Shown here in pieces: positions 51,101 to 60,567 of a DNA stretch of 64,000 nucleotides; the first letter of the stretch is position 1; each line of letters starts with the position of its first letter. Source of the DNA: Eubacteriales bacterium (GTDB lineage: Bacteria > Bacillota > Clostridia > Oscillospirales > CAG-272); NCBI GenBank assembly GCA_045660785.1, contig JAZREL010000036.1, positions 18,897 through 82,896 on the forward strand, in the 5' to 3' direction. The notes beneath the pieces were generated by a model, which made no database searches, had not been told where the DNA came from, and was given only the letters and a program-made list of their open reading frames with translations. The position numbers and the translations under genes are program-made.

Positions 51101-51174
51101 TGTAGGGGATGGCGCCCTCGACATCCCGTTTTGTTGGACGCTTTTGGAGCTGACGACCACTGGTCGTCCCTACA
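51101..51174. repeat. Inverted pair of GTAG-type REP sequences (REPIN-like doublet)
   Basis: TGTAGGGGATG...CATCCC on plus; TGTAGGGACGACCAGTGGTCGTC on minus. Confidence 0.7.
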
Positions 51175-51217
51175 ATGTGATATACGCTATGCGTATTCTA
51201 ATGTAGGGAAAATATGA

Positions 51218-51244
51218 AAAAAGGACTGCCGAAGCAGTCCTTTT
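51218..51244 (-). terminator. Terminator of gap
   Basis: AAAAGGACTGC-CGAA-GCAGTCCTTTT (UUCG loop on the minus strand). Confidence 0.85.
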
Positions 51245-51265
51245 ATTTGCAAATTGGTTTCTAAA

Positions 51266-52279
51266 TTAGATTTCAGCGAAGTACTTGATTGTACGAACCA
51301 TTTGGCTTGTGTATGAGTTTTCGTTGTCATACCATGAAACAACTTGTACTTGGTATGTGTCGTCATGGATCTTAGCTACCATTGTTTGTGTAGCGTCGAA
51401 GAGTGAGCCGTAGCTCATACCGATAACGTCGCTTGAAACGATTTCATCAGTGTTGTAGCCATATGAAGCTGAAGCTGCTGCCTTCATAGCTGCGTTGATA
51501 GAATCCTTTGTTACGTCTGTGCCCTTAACTACTGCAACGAGGAGTGTTGTTGAACCTGTGCATGTAGGAACTCTTTGTGCAGAACCGATAAGCTTGCCGT
51601 TGAGCTCAGGAATAACAAGGCCGATTGCCTTTGCAGCGCCTGTTGAGTTAGGAACGATGTTTTGTGCGCCTGCTCTTGCTCTTCTGAGGTCGCCCTTTCT
51701 GTGAGGACCGTCGAGGATCATTTGGTCACCTGTGTAAGCGTGAACAGTTGTCATGATACCGCTTTGGATTGGGTATGCATCGTTGAGTGCCTTAGCCATA
51801 GGAGCGAGGCAGTTTGTTGTGCAGGATGCAGCTGAAATGATAACGTCATCCTTGTCAAGTGTATTTTCGTTAACGCCGTAAACGATTGTCTTAAGGTCGT
51901 TTCCTGCAGGAGCAGAGATAACTACCTTCTTTGCGCCAGCGTTGATGTGAGCCATTGACTTTTCCTTTGAGCAGTAGAAGCCAGTGCACTCGAGAACTAC
52001 GTCAACACCGAGCTCACCCCATGGGCAGTTTGCAGCGTCCTTTTCTGCGTAGATCTTGATTGTTTTGCCGTTTACTGTGATGCTGTCCTCTGTGTTTGTA
52101 ACAGTATCTGCGTAAGCGTACTTACCTTGTGCTGTGTCGTACTTGAGAAGGTGAGCGAGCATCTTTGGGCTTGTTAAGTCGTTGATAGCAACGATTTCAT
52201 AACCCTCTGCACCGAACATCTGTCTGAAAGCGAGACGACCGATACGACCAAATCCGTTAATTGCAACTTTTACTGACAT
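51266..52279 (-). CDS. gap: Type I glyceraldehyde-3-phosphate dehydrogenase
   Basis: [25 protein letters not shown]. Confidence 0.98.
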   Translation of the reverse strand: MSVKVAINGFGRIGRLAFRQMFGAEGYEIVAINDLTSPKMLAHLLKYDTAQGKYAYADTVTNTEDSITVNGKTIKIYAEKDAANCPWGELGVDVVLECTGFYCSKEKSMAHINAGAKKVVISAPAGNDLKTIVYGVNENTLDKDDVIISAASCTTNCLAPMAKALNDAYPIQSGIMTTVHAYTGDQMILDGPHRKGDLRRARAGAQNIVPNSTGAAKAIGLVIPELNGKLIGSAQRVPTCTGSTTLLVAVVKGTDVTKDSINAAMKAAASASYGYNTDEIVSSDVIGMSYGSLFDATQTMVAKIHDDTYQVQVVSWYDNENSYTSQMVRTIKYFAEI

Positions 52280-52477
52280 TGTGAAATTCCTCCGAAATTT
52301 TCATATTGTGTATGGAATATTTTCCCTACCATTTACATATTCTACCCTATTTTTTCCTATTATACAAGAGTTTTTTGAAATTTCGTCACTTTTTTGTATT
52401 TTTTAATCAGTAAAAACACTTTTTTGTTCAATTTAGATAAATCTAACAAAGAATTTTCTTTATAGTGTGATTTTTAT

Positions 52478-52506
52478 TTGACATACGCGAAGGAATTTGT
52501 TATAAT
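52478..52506 (+). promoter_or_regulatory. Consensus sigma-A promoter of the holB operon
   Basis: TTGACA-N17-TATAAT. Confidence 0.85.
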
Positions 52507-52537
52507 GTTATTTAAGAATATTTGCTCAGGAGGCGTT

Positions 52538-53512
52538 ATGGAGATTTTTTCAGGACTTATCGGAAACGAAGATATTAAAGCCACTCTCGCAAGCGCCATC
52601 CTAAAAGGCACCTTCTCGCACGCATACATTATCGAGGGCAAGGAGGGCTCGGGTAAAAAAACGGTTGCCCGTATTGCCTCTGCCGCCATTATGTGTAAGG
52701 ACAAGCACACCTTGCCGTGCGGTGAATGTGAGCTTTGCAAAAAAATTCTGAACGACAACTGCGTTGACGTAAGATTTTATAACGCGTTTAAGGTTGAGGA
52801 CGTAAGAAAAATCAAGGAAGCAATCCACCAAAGCGCAACGGAATGCGATTATCAGATTTTCATACTGAACGACACGCAAAAAATGACCGTTCAAGCACAA
52901 AACGCTTTGCTTTTATCGCTTGAGGAGCCGCCGAAAAACGTTGTGTTTTTCCTACTCACAACCGATGCAACAATGCTTCTTGAAACAATTCGCTCACGCG
53001 CGCAGGTTTTAAGGACGATGCCACTTGACAGCGAGCAGCTGAAGAAATACGTCAAAAGAGAAAAAATAGAGGTGGACGAGGACACGCTTGACAAGCTGAT
53101 TGCACTTTCAGGTGGCTCGCTTGGATACCTTTTGGGGCTTTTAGATAAGACGAAATGTGATGCGATAATCAAGCTTCGCTCCGATGCGCTTGAATTTATA
53201 CGCGGTGCGCTTTATCTTGATGCCGAGTCGGCGCGGCTCATTCACTCTATGTTTGCTTGGCAAAGAGATAGGGTAAAGGAGCTTTTGTCGCTTTGCTTGC
53301 TTGCGCTTCGCGATTTGGCGGTGGCGAAAAAGTACAGGGGTGCTTCTCTATGCTTTTTTACCTCGTACGAGGAAACGCGCACGTTTGCATCTCGCTATAC
53401 CCTAAAGAAGCTGCTTGATTTAACCCAAGCGATAATGCAAGGGCTTGACGCTTTTGCGGTTAACGCCTCGGTGCCTGCGGTTTTGACCTCAATTCTTGCA
53501 TCGTGCAACTAA
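52538..53512 (+). CDS. holB: DNA polymerase III delta' subunit
   Basis: HAYIIEG.EGSGKK, C...PCGECELC, AQNALLLSLEEP, ETIRSRA; followed by the PSP1 gene. Confidence 0.85.
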   Translation: MEIFSGLIGNEDIKATLASAILKGTFSHAYIIEGKEGSGKKTVARIASAAIMCKDKHTLPCGECELCKKILNDNCVDVRFYNAFKVEDVRKIKEAIHQSATECDYQIFILNDTQKMTVQAQNALLLSLEEPPKNVVFFLLTTDATMLLETIRSRAQVLRTMPLDSEQLKKYVKREKIEVDEDTLDKLIALSGGSLGYLLGLLDKTKCDAIIKLRSDALEFIRGALYLDAESARLIHSMFAWQRDRVKELLSLCLLALRDLAVAKKYRGASLCFFTSYEETRTFASRYTLKKLLDLTQAIMQGLDAFAVNASVPAVLTSILASCN

Positions 53513-53540
53513 ATTTGATTAAATAGAAAGAGTAAAATAT

Positions 53541-54428
53541 ATGGCAGAAGAAATTAAGAAAGAAAATATAAAGACGGTCGAGGTAATCGGCATTCGCTTC
53601 AAGGAAAGCGGAAAGACCTACTACTTTGCACCTAACGGCGTGAAGGCAAAAATCACAGACTATGCAGTTGTGGAAACCTCACGCGGACTTGAGTTTGGCA
53701 AGGTTGCCTGCGAAAACAAGGAGGTGCCGGAAAACGAGCTTGTGCCGCCGCTTCGTCCCGTTGTCAGAATTGCAACGCCAAACGATATGAAAACCTACGA
53801 GCTTCTTAAAACGAAGCAGGAGGAGGCGCTTAAAATTTGTCAAGGCAAGGTAAACGCGCACGAGCTTGAAATGAAGCTTGTTGAGGCGGAATACACCTTC
53901 GATATGACTAAGCTTACCTTCTATTTTACAGCCGACGGCAGAATTGACTTCCGTGAGCTTGTAAAGGACCTTGCATCTACATTTAAGACAAGAATTGAGC
54001 TTCGCCAAATCGGTATTCGTGACGAAACAAAGTTTATGGGCGGCTTAGGCGTTTGCGGCAGACCCTTCTGCTGTGCGACGTTTTTGCCCGACTTCTGTCA
54101 GGTTTCAATAAAAATGGCGAAGGAGCAAAATCTTTCACTTAACTCATCAAAGATTTCGGGTGCTTGCGGACGTCTTATGTGCTGCTTACGCTTTGAGCAC
54201 GAAACGTATCAAGCCGAGATTAAGGTAACGCCTCCCGTTGGCTCAACGGTTAAGACAAGCGACGGAGTTGGTGAGGTTGTTGAGGCAGCTCCGCTTACCG
54301 GTAACCTTAAGGTTAAAATTGACGAAAACATTCGCACACATCACAGAGATAACGTTAAAATAATTTCCTTGCCAAAGGGTAAGGGCAAAAAGGACGAGGA
54401 CGACGGTGAGGGCGAGGTGCAGGCGTAA
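53541..54428 (+). CDS. ricT: PSP1-domain stage 0 sporulation protein RicT/YaaT
   Basis: FYFTADGRIDFRELVKDLA, GVCGRPFCC, SGACGRLMCCL. Confidence 0.9.
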   Translation: MAEEIKKENIKTVEVIGIRFKESGKTYYFAPNGVKAKITDYAVVETSRGLEFGKVACENKEVPENELVPPLRPVVRIATPNDMKTYELLKTKQEEALKICQGKVNAHELEMKLVEAEYTFDMTKLTFYFTADGRIDFRELVKDLASTFKTRIELRQIGIRDETKFMGGLGVCGRPFCCATFLPDFCQVSIKMAKEQNLSLNSSKISGACGRLMCCLRFEHETYQAEIKVTPPVGSTVKTSDGVGEVVEAAPLTGNLKVKIDENIRTHHRDNVKIISLPKGKGKKDEDDGEGEVQA

Positions 54429-54604
54429 TCTGCTTTTTGCATAAGCTTGCATTGCTTTGCATATATTTTTGCATACGCACCTGTGTTTTCAATCGACATT
54501 TTTCGCCTTATTTCATCTTTATTTTGGTAAAACGAAAAATATGGTTGACAAATTATTTTTTTGTGATACAATATTATTGAAAAATTTTTATGGAGGTATT
54601 TATC

Positions 54605-54775
54605 ATGGCTTATAAGATTACAGAAGATTGCATCGCTTGTGGCGCTTGCGCTGACGCTTGTCCTTGCAGCTGCATCACAGAGGGTGACGGCATCTATGTT
54701 ATTAACGCTGACGAGTGCATTTCTTGCGGTGCTTGTGCAGGCTCTTGCCCTGTTAGTGCTCCTGTTGAGGAATAA
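54605..54775 (+). CDS. Clostridial-type 2[4Fe-4S] ferredoxin
   Basis: MAYKI; two CxxCxxCxxxCP motifs; own TTGACA...TACAAT promoter at 54545-54572. Confidence 0.95.
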   Translation: MAYKITEDCIACGACADACPCSCITEGDGIYVINADECISCGACAGSCPVSAPVEE

Positions 54776-54940
54776 TTTTGTACATACGGCTTCACGCCAC
54801 AATAGTACTGTTAGCCAAGGGCCTTTGCACAAAACGCAAGGGTCCTTTTTTCAAAGGGCTCCCAAAACCGTTTTTGGGAATGGTTCTCCTTCCCGTTTGC
54901 ACGGGGCTCTCTATAAGAATGAAAAATACGGATATATATA

Positions 54941-55696
54941 ATGATTAATGATAATGAAAGAATAAATGAAATTAACGAAAACCTTCGCTTAATTGAAAAA
55001 AAGGACTCCTTAACCTTCGGCACTGACGCTTACCTGCTTTCGGCTTATCTAAAAGCGCGCCAAAGCAAGGTTGGAGTGGAGCTTGGATGCGGCTCAGGCG
55101 TGATTTCCTTGCTTGCGCTTACTAAGAAAAAGTGCCGTCACGTGTACGGAATTGAGGTTCAAAAGGAGATTGCCGAGGTGGCTAAGCGCAACGCGGAGCT
55201 TAATATGCTCACCGACAAATTTACGGTGATTTCAAGCGATTTAAGAAACGTAAAAGCAAGCGATATCGGCGGTGAGGTTGACGTTGTATTTTCAAATCCG
55301 CCGTATATGAAGGCGGACGGCGGAAAGCAAAACGTAAACGAGCAAAAGAACATCTCGCGCCACGAAATTTTCGGTCAGATAGATGATTTTTGCGCTTGTG
55401 CCAAGAGGTTGCTTAAGCACGGTGGCGACTTTTACGTGGTTTACCGCCCTGACCGCTTGGCAGACTTGATTTTCGCACTGAAAAATAACAATTTAGAGCC
55501 GAAAAAATTGACATTTATTCATAAAGATATAGACACTCCCCCCTCTCTTTTGCTGATTTCGGCAAAGCTTGGCGGCAAGAGCGGTCTGACACTTGATGCG
55601 CCCGTTTACATCTACAAAAAGGGGACGACTGAATACACAGAGGAGTATTCAAAAATTTACGAAAGCTGCAGCTTTGGAGGCAAGGATGAGAAATAA
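54941..55696 (+). CDS. tRNA1(Val) A37 N6-methyltransferase-like (YabB/YfiC family)
   Basis: FGTDAYLL, ELGCGSG, SNPPY, SRHE; synteny with rsmI. Confidence 0.85.
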   Translation: MINDNERINEINENLRLIEKKDSLTFGTDAYLLSAYLKARQSKVGVELGCGSGVISLLALTKKKCRHVYGIEVQKEIAEVAKRNAELNMLTDKFTVISSDLRNVKASDIGGEVDVVFSNPPYMKADGGKQNVNEQKNISRHEIFGQIDDFCACAKRLLKHGGDFYVVYRPDRLADLIFALKNNNLEPKKLTFIHKDIDTPPSLLLISAKLGGKSGLTLDAPVYIYKKGTTEYTEEYSKIYESCSFGGKDEK

Positions 55697-56573
55697 AGAG
55701 CCAAGAAATGCACAAAACGAGGACAAAAACAAAATAATCGGCGGTGTGCTTTATCTTGTTGCAACGCCTATCGGAAATTTGTCCGATATATCGGAGCGCG
55801 CCTTGAAAACACTTAGCGAGGTTGATTTTATCGCCGCTGAGGACACAAGAAACACGGGCAAGCTTCTTTCCTACTTTGGAATTTCAAAGCCGATGGTGAG
55901 CTACTTTGAGCATAATAAGCGCGAGCGCGGTGAGGTTATTCTCTCCCGTCTTTTAGCGGGCGAGAGCTGTGCTTTGGTTACCGACGCGGGCACACCTGCA
56001 ATTTCAGACCCAGGTGAGGACCTTGTTGTTCTTTGTGCCGAAAACGGCGTTGTCGTAACGAGTGTGCCCGGCTGCTCCGCAGTTGTAAACGCCCTTGCCC
56101 TTTCTGCCTTACCCACGGGTAGGTTTGCCTTTGAGGGCTTTTTAAGCACAAACAAAAACGAAAGAAACGAGCGCCTAAGCGAGATAAAAAACGACACGCG
56201 CACAACGATTTTTTACGAAGCACCGCACAAGCTTCAAAAAACGCTTGAGGATTTATACGGGGCGTTTGGTGAGCGCAAAATTTCCCTTTGCCGCGAGCTA
56301 ACCAAGCTAAACGAGGAAATTATAAGAACGACGCTTTCGGGCGCAATTGAATATTACACCGAGAACGCGCCAAGGGGCGAATACGTTTTGGTTGTCGAGG
56401 GTGCGCAAAAATCGAGCGTGAACGAAAATGCGTTTTGGCGCGATATGACAATTGAAGCACACGTTGAGTACTACATTTCCCGGGAAATGAAGAAAATGGA
56501 CGCCATCAAGGCGGTGGCAAAGGACCGTGGCGTTTCAAAAAGTGAGATTTACAAGATTGTAAACGTTGAATAG
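55686..56573 (+). CDS. rsmI: 16S rRNA C1402 2'-O-methyltransferase
   Basis: LYLVATPIGNL, AEDTR, DAGTPAISDPG, CRELTK. Confidence 0.95.
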   Translation: MRNKEPRNAQNEDKNKIIGGVLYLVATPIGNLSDISERALKTLSEVDFIAAEDTRNTGKLLSYFGISKPMVSYFEHNKRERGEVILSRLLAGESCALVTDAGTPAISDPGEDLVVLCAENGVVVTSVPGCSAVVNALALSALPTGRFAFEGFLSTNKNERNERLSEIKNDTRTTIFYEAPHKLQKTLEDLYGAFGERKISLCRELTKLNEEIIRTTLSGAIEYYTENAPRGEYVLVVEGAQKSSVNENAFWRDMTIEAHVEYYISREMKKMDAIKAVAKDRGVSKSEIYKIVNVE

Positions 56574-56635
56574 CTTTAGCTTAGGATGCTTTCTATATCC
56601 TCAACGGACAAGAATCAATATTGCTTATTGCAAAA

Positions 56636-56673
56636 GAGAACCTCAAAGCTCGGTTTTTCGCTTTGAGGTTCTC
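56636..56673. repeat. Dispersed palindromic repeat, copy 3
   Basis: GAGAACCTCAAAGC-loop-GCTTTGAGGTTCTC. Confidence 0.6.
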
Positions 56674-56683
56674 TTGTAGAATA

Positions 56684-56721
56684 AAAAACAGAGCTTGACT
56701 TTTATGCAAGCTCTGTTTTTT
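56684..56721. terminator. Bidirectional terminator
   Basis: AAAAAACAGAGCTTG-loop-CAAGCTCTGTTTTTT. Confidence 0.75.
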
Positions 56722-56809
56722 GTACTGATTTATAAATCATCCGTTACTTTGCCTTTTTACATAGTCCGAAAAATCAAATATGAAGCTTTGGGTAGTTAAA
56801 TACAAAGAT

Positions 56810-56871
56810 AACAATTCGACAAATATGTAAAACAATGTGCAATTGATAAATATTATTTGTTATGTTATAAT
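56810..56871 (+). promoter_or_regulatory. Spo0A box plus sigma-A promoter, antisense to araC
   Basis: TTCGACA at 56815-56821; TTGATA-N17-TATAAT with extended TG, ending next to the araC stop codon. Confidence 0.6.
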
Positions 56872-57675
56872 TTAGTTAGATTTTCTATATTCCATAGGAG
56901 ACATAGATGCGTACATTTTGAACATCCGACTAAATCTATCAAGTGTAGTAAATCCTACCTTATATGCAATTTGCGAAATCGACATATGTGTTTCTCGCAA
57001 ATATTTTTTCGCGTTTTCTATTCGTGTCTTGATAAGAAAATTATACGGAGAAATCCCTATTCTTTGAGTGAATACCGTTGTGAAATAAGAACGTGAAACG
57101 CCTATTCCTTTAGCATACGCTCCAACATCAAAATGCTTGTAATATCTATTTTCAATATACAAAACTGCATTTTTAACAAAATCATTTTCATTCGGTTTTG
57201 CGCCATCCTTTATAGCATTAAGAACAGTAAAAAGCGCCGTTAGTAAACCTATATCATCGCTAATCAGGTTATCAAGGAGCTCCCTTATTATTTCAATCCC
57301 GCTTTCCTTGTATTTTGGATATAGCTTTCGTGTGGCCGCATTCAGTATTTCTTTTGCGCTTCCTCCGTTGAAAGCAATCCAATAATATTCAAACGGCTCG
57401 GCTGAATCTGATTTAATTATACTATTTTCATTAGGCGAGTTTATAAAGCAATCGCCTTTCGCAAGAAATTTTACGGTACCGTCATCTCTTTCAACAGTAC
57501 CCTTGCCTTCCTTTATCAAGTGAATTAAATATCTCGGTCTGCCATTTGGTGACCAAGTGTGGCTTTGCTTTGTCATTTCCCATCCTACCTCACAAACGCT
57601 AACAGGCAAGGAGTGGTTAAAGTTTATATAGTAAACACGTTTCCAATCATAATCCATTTTTGAAATAATCGACAT
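56872..57675 (-). CDS. AraC family transcriptional regulator
   Basis: N-terminal cupin (IHLIKEGKG, EYYWIAFNG); C-terminal double HTH (SISQIAYKVGF...FSRMFK...SPMEYR). Confidence 0.9.
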   Translation of the reverse strand: MSIISKMDYDWKRVYYINFNHSLPVSVCEVGWEMTKQSHTWSPNGRPRYLIHLIKEGKGTVERDDGTVKFLAKGDCFINSPNENSIIKSDSAEPFEYYWIAFNGGSAKEILNAATRKLYPKYKESGIEIIRELLDNLISDDIGLLTALFTVLNAIKDGAKPNENDFVKNAVLYIENRYYKHFDVGAYAKGIGVSRSYFTTVFTQRIGISPYNFLIKTRIENAKKYLRETHMSISQIAYKVGFTTLDRFSRMFKMYASMSPMEYRKSN

Positions 57676-57800
57676 AGTAATTTTCCCCACACACAATTCT
57701 AACTGTATATAAGATTTTATCACAAACAATTCGACAAATCAATATCAACTTGTTTATATGCAGATTATTCTGCTAAAATAAGATTAAAAAGGAGAACTTT

Positions 57801-59234
57801 ATGAAAAAGAAAATTTTGTTCGTTATGCTTTTAATGCTTGCTTTTATGCTTACTTTTGTAATAACAGCATTAGCAAAGGATGTTAACATCGGCATTACCG
57901 ATATTAACGGCAATGATATTATTGTTCCAACTGTGGATGATGAAGGTGATTCGCTCACTTGGTACCGTATCACAGACGAACCGTCAGAAGGTACATATTA
58001 CACATATCTTTCCGGCAATACAACCTACTATCTTGTAAGCGTAAAAACAAAGATTGCTGCATATGTCAATGATAACTATAGAGTCTGTTATTCATACTCA
58101 GGTCTCAAAGCCGGTGCATGGAGTGGCAACATTATAGTTATGAACCTCAAAGGATTAACTCACACAGATGGAAAAGGCCCTGAGCTACTTAATTTTATTT
58201 GTGAGGGCACGCCTATTGCCTATGCATATATTCCTGCAAGCATTACCGAGCTTAAAGGAACAAGTGGCAACAAAATCGCATCCATATTCTATGGTTGCGT
58301 TAGCTTGGTAGAGCTGGATATTGAAGAAGGATCTCAAATTAAAACGTTATATACAAACGGCTTATATAATTGTAAAAAGCTAACATCATTTAGATTGCCC
58401 GACAATCTCGAAACCATTCAAGCTAATGCACTTGTTGGTCTTACTGTTAGCATTACCGTTCCAAAATCGGTTACCACCTTCGAAGCATCACAATGGTCAA
58501 ACCTTACCGTCACTTATACCGGCACAGCTACAGACATATCAAGTTGGACATATCAGCCAAGCTCTGTTGCCTATGCTAATCACTGTGACGTTTATTATGA
58601 TTCAAATCACCAAAGCGGCGAAGCAATTGGATATGAAACTTTTTGTGCTAAATGCGGTAGTATCGTTTATTGTGAAAACCCTGCACACAACATTGAAGTA
58701 TCAATTACATACGATAGCTATTTGGCAAACGGAGTAAAGAAAACAAGATGTCTTGACTGCGATTCCAAAATCAAAGAGGTCGTTACATTACCTCTTTTCA
58801 CATTCCGTGGCTTCTCTGCCGCTGAGTATGCAGACGGTGGAATGACAATCGGCTTTAACGTAAATAACGAGGCAATTTCGGAATATGAGGAGATTACTGG
58901 AAAAGCGGTTAATTACGGTGTGTTTGCGGTAACGAAGGACAAAATCGGAAGTAGCGAGCTTTTTGATGAAAACGGAGTATCAAAGGCGGGCGTTATTGCG
59001 GCTGACATTACCGAGTGTGGCTTTAATATATTCAACCTAAAGATAGTTGGCTTCACAAGCGAGCAAGCAGACGCCAAGCTTGCTATGGGCGCGTATGTCG
59101 GCACAACAAAGGACGGTGCAACAGAATATACATATATGCAGGGAGAAGCACCTAACAATGAAGACAAATATTTCTTTGCTTCATATAACGATATTGTTGC
59201 AATAGTAAAATCAAAGGAAAATACTATAAAATAA
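57801..59234 (+). CDS. Secreted LRR_5 protein (shares C-domain with the 30935 and 32793 paralogs)
   Basis: Signal peptide; few LRR_5 repeats; PLFTFRGFS...NYGVFA...LKIVG...MGAYV C-domain. Confidence 0.78.
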   Translation: MKKKILFVMLLMLAFMLTFVITALAKDVNIGITDINGNDIIVPTVDDEGDSLTWYRITDEPSEGTYYTYLSGNTTYYLVSVKTKIAAYVNDNYRVCYSYSGLKAGAWSGNIIVMNLKGLTHTDGKGPELLNFICEGTPIAYAYIPASITELKGTSGNKIASIFYGCVSLVELDIEEGSQIKTLYTNGLYNCKKLTSFRLPDNLETIQANALVGLTVSITVPKSVTTFEASQWSNLTVTYTGTATDISSWTYQPSSVAYANHCDVYYDSNHQSGEAIGYETFCAKCGSIVYCENPAHNIEVSITYDSYLANGVKKTRCLDCDSKIKEVVTLPLFTFRGFSAAEYADGGMTIGFNVNNEAISEYEEITGKAVNYGVFAVTKDKIGSSELFDENGVSKAGVIAADITECGFNIFNLKIVGFTSEQADAKLAMGAYVGTTKDGATEYTYMQGEAPNNEDKYFFASYNDIVAIVKSKENTIK

Positions 59235-59391
59235 TAAGCAAAAGGTCGTATAGAGAAATCTATACGGCTTTTTCATTTGACAGTTAAAATATAGGTATAA
59301 AATTTTATATTATATATTGATAATTTTAGAAATATCTGTTAAAATATATATTTGAAGGTACTTTAAGCTTTATTTTTGAAGGGAGAAGGAA

Positions 59392-60546
59392 ATGGCAAAG
59401 ACGGCTTTTTGCGGTGCGAAGATTTTTAACACCGACACTGAGGAATTTTATAGCGCGAGCTTGGTTGTGGAAAATGGCTACATATCATATATTGGCGATG
59501 AGATACCAAGCGACTGCGAGTGCATAAGTCTTGACGGAAAATATTTAATCCCCGGTCTTATTGACGTGCATACCCACGGAATTGCGGGACACGACTTTAA
59601 CACGGTCAGCGAGGAAAACATTCCAAAGATGTGCCATAGATATGCAAAGCTTGGCACGACGTCAGTTATGGCAACGCTTGCCTCTGACACGGTTGCAAGA
59701 TACGTAAATTCAATTTGCGCGATAAATCAAATCCGCTTAAACGATAAAAAAGGAATTGCAAATATTCTCGGTGTGCATTTAGAGGGTAGATACTTAAACC
59801 CCGATATGAAGGGCGCACACGCGCTTGAGCTTATTGCAAAGCCAACTGTGGATGATGCCGAGGTGCTTGCTTCGACAATGATGCCACCGCCTATGCATTT
59901 TTCTTTAGCCCCTGAGATTGACGATGCACACGACTTTATAAAAAAGGTTTGCTCCCTTGGCGCAACGGTTGGAATTGCACACACAAATTCAACCTATGAA
60001 GAAGCGCGCGAGGCGATCGAGCTTGGTGCAAGCTCATTTACACACACCTTTAATGCAATGTCAAAGGTGCATCACCGAATGCCGGGCACGGCTGTATGTT
60101 CACTTGTTTCAGATGAAGCATATTCCGAAATAATTCCCGACGGTCAGCACGTTCACCCCGCTATGGTTAAGCTTGCTTACAAATCAAAGCCAAAGGACAA
60201 GCTTGTTTTGATTACCGACTCACTTGCGGCAACGGATCAGCCCGACGGAGAATACGGCGTTGCCGGCTCACCGTTTTTTGTAAAGGACGGTCTTGCACGT
60301 CTTGCCGACGGCACTATTGCAGGCAGCACGCTCACAATGTTTGGAGCGCTTAAAAATATGATGAAATTCTGCTCCATTTCCTTAAATGAAGCAATAAAAT
60401 ACGTAACTGTAAACCCGGCGAGTATGGTTAAGGCAAACTTCGTTGGCCGCCTTGAAAAATGCTACCGCGCGGACTTTATCGTTCTTGACAATACAGACGA
60501 TATTGAAATTAATAAGGTTTACGTTGGCGGCATCGCAGTTGAATAA
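59392..60546 (+). CDS. nagA: N-acetylglucosamine-6-phosphate deacetylase
   Basis: PGLIDVHTHG, HLEG, GAH, THTFNAM, DGQHVHP, ITD, IAGS. Confidence 0.92.
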   Translation: MAKTAFCGAKIFNTDTEEFYSASLVVENGYISYIGDEIPSDCECISLDGKYLIPGLIDVHTHGIAGHDFNTVSEENIPKMCHRYAKLGTTSVMATLASDTVARYVNSICAINQIRLNDKKGIANILGVHLEGRYLNPDMKGAHALELIAKPTVDDAEVLASTMMPPPMHFSLAPEIDDAHDFIKKVCSLGATVGIAHTNSTYEEAREAIELGASSFTHTFNAMSKVHHRMPGTAVCSLVSDEAYSEIIPDGQHVHPAMVKLAYKSKPKDKLVLITDSLAATDQPDGEYGVAGSPFFVKDGLARLADGTIAGSTLTMFGALKNMMKFCSISLNEAIKYVTVNPASMVKANFVGRLEKCYRADFIVLDNTDDIEINKVYVGGIAVE

Positions 60547-60567
60547 AAGCACTAAGGAGATTTTACT

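Noticed and set aside
56576-56635. Remnant of abrB or another gene tail on the minus strand (FLSVEDIESILS*)
   Set aside because: Too short, preceded by an in-frame stop, and no convincing similarity by eye.
60547-60567. T-box or SAM riboswitch before metG
   Set aside because: Only 21 nt separate nagA and metG.
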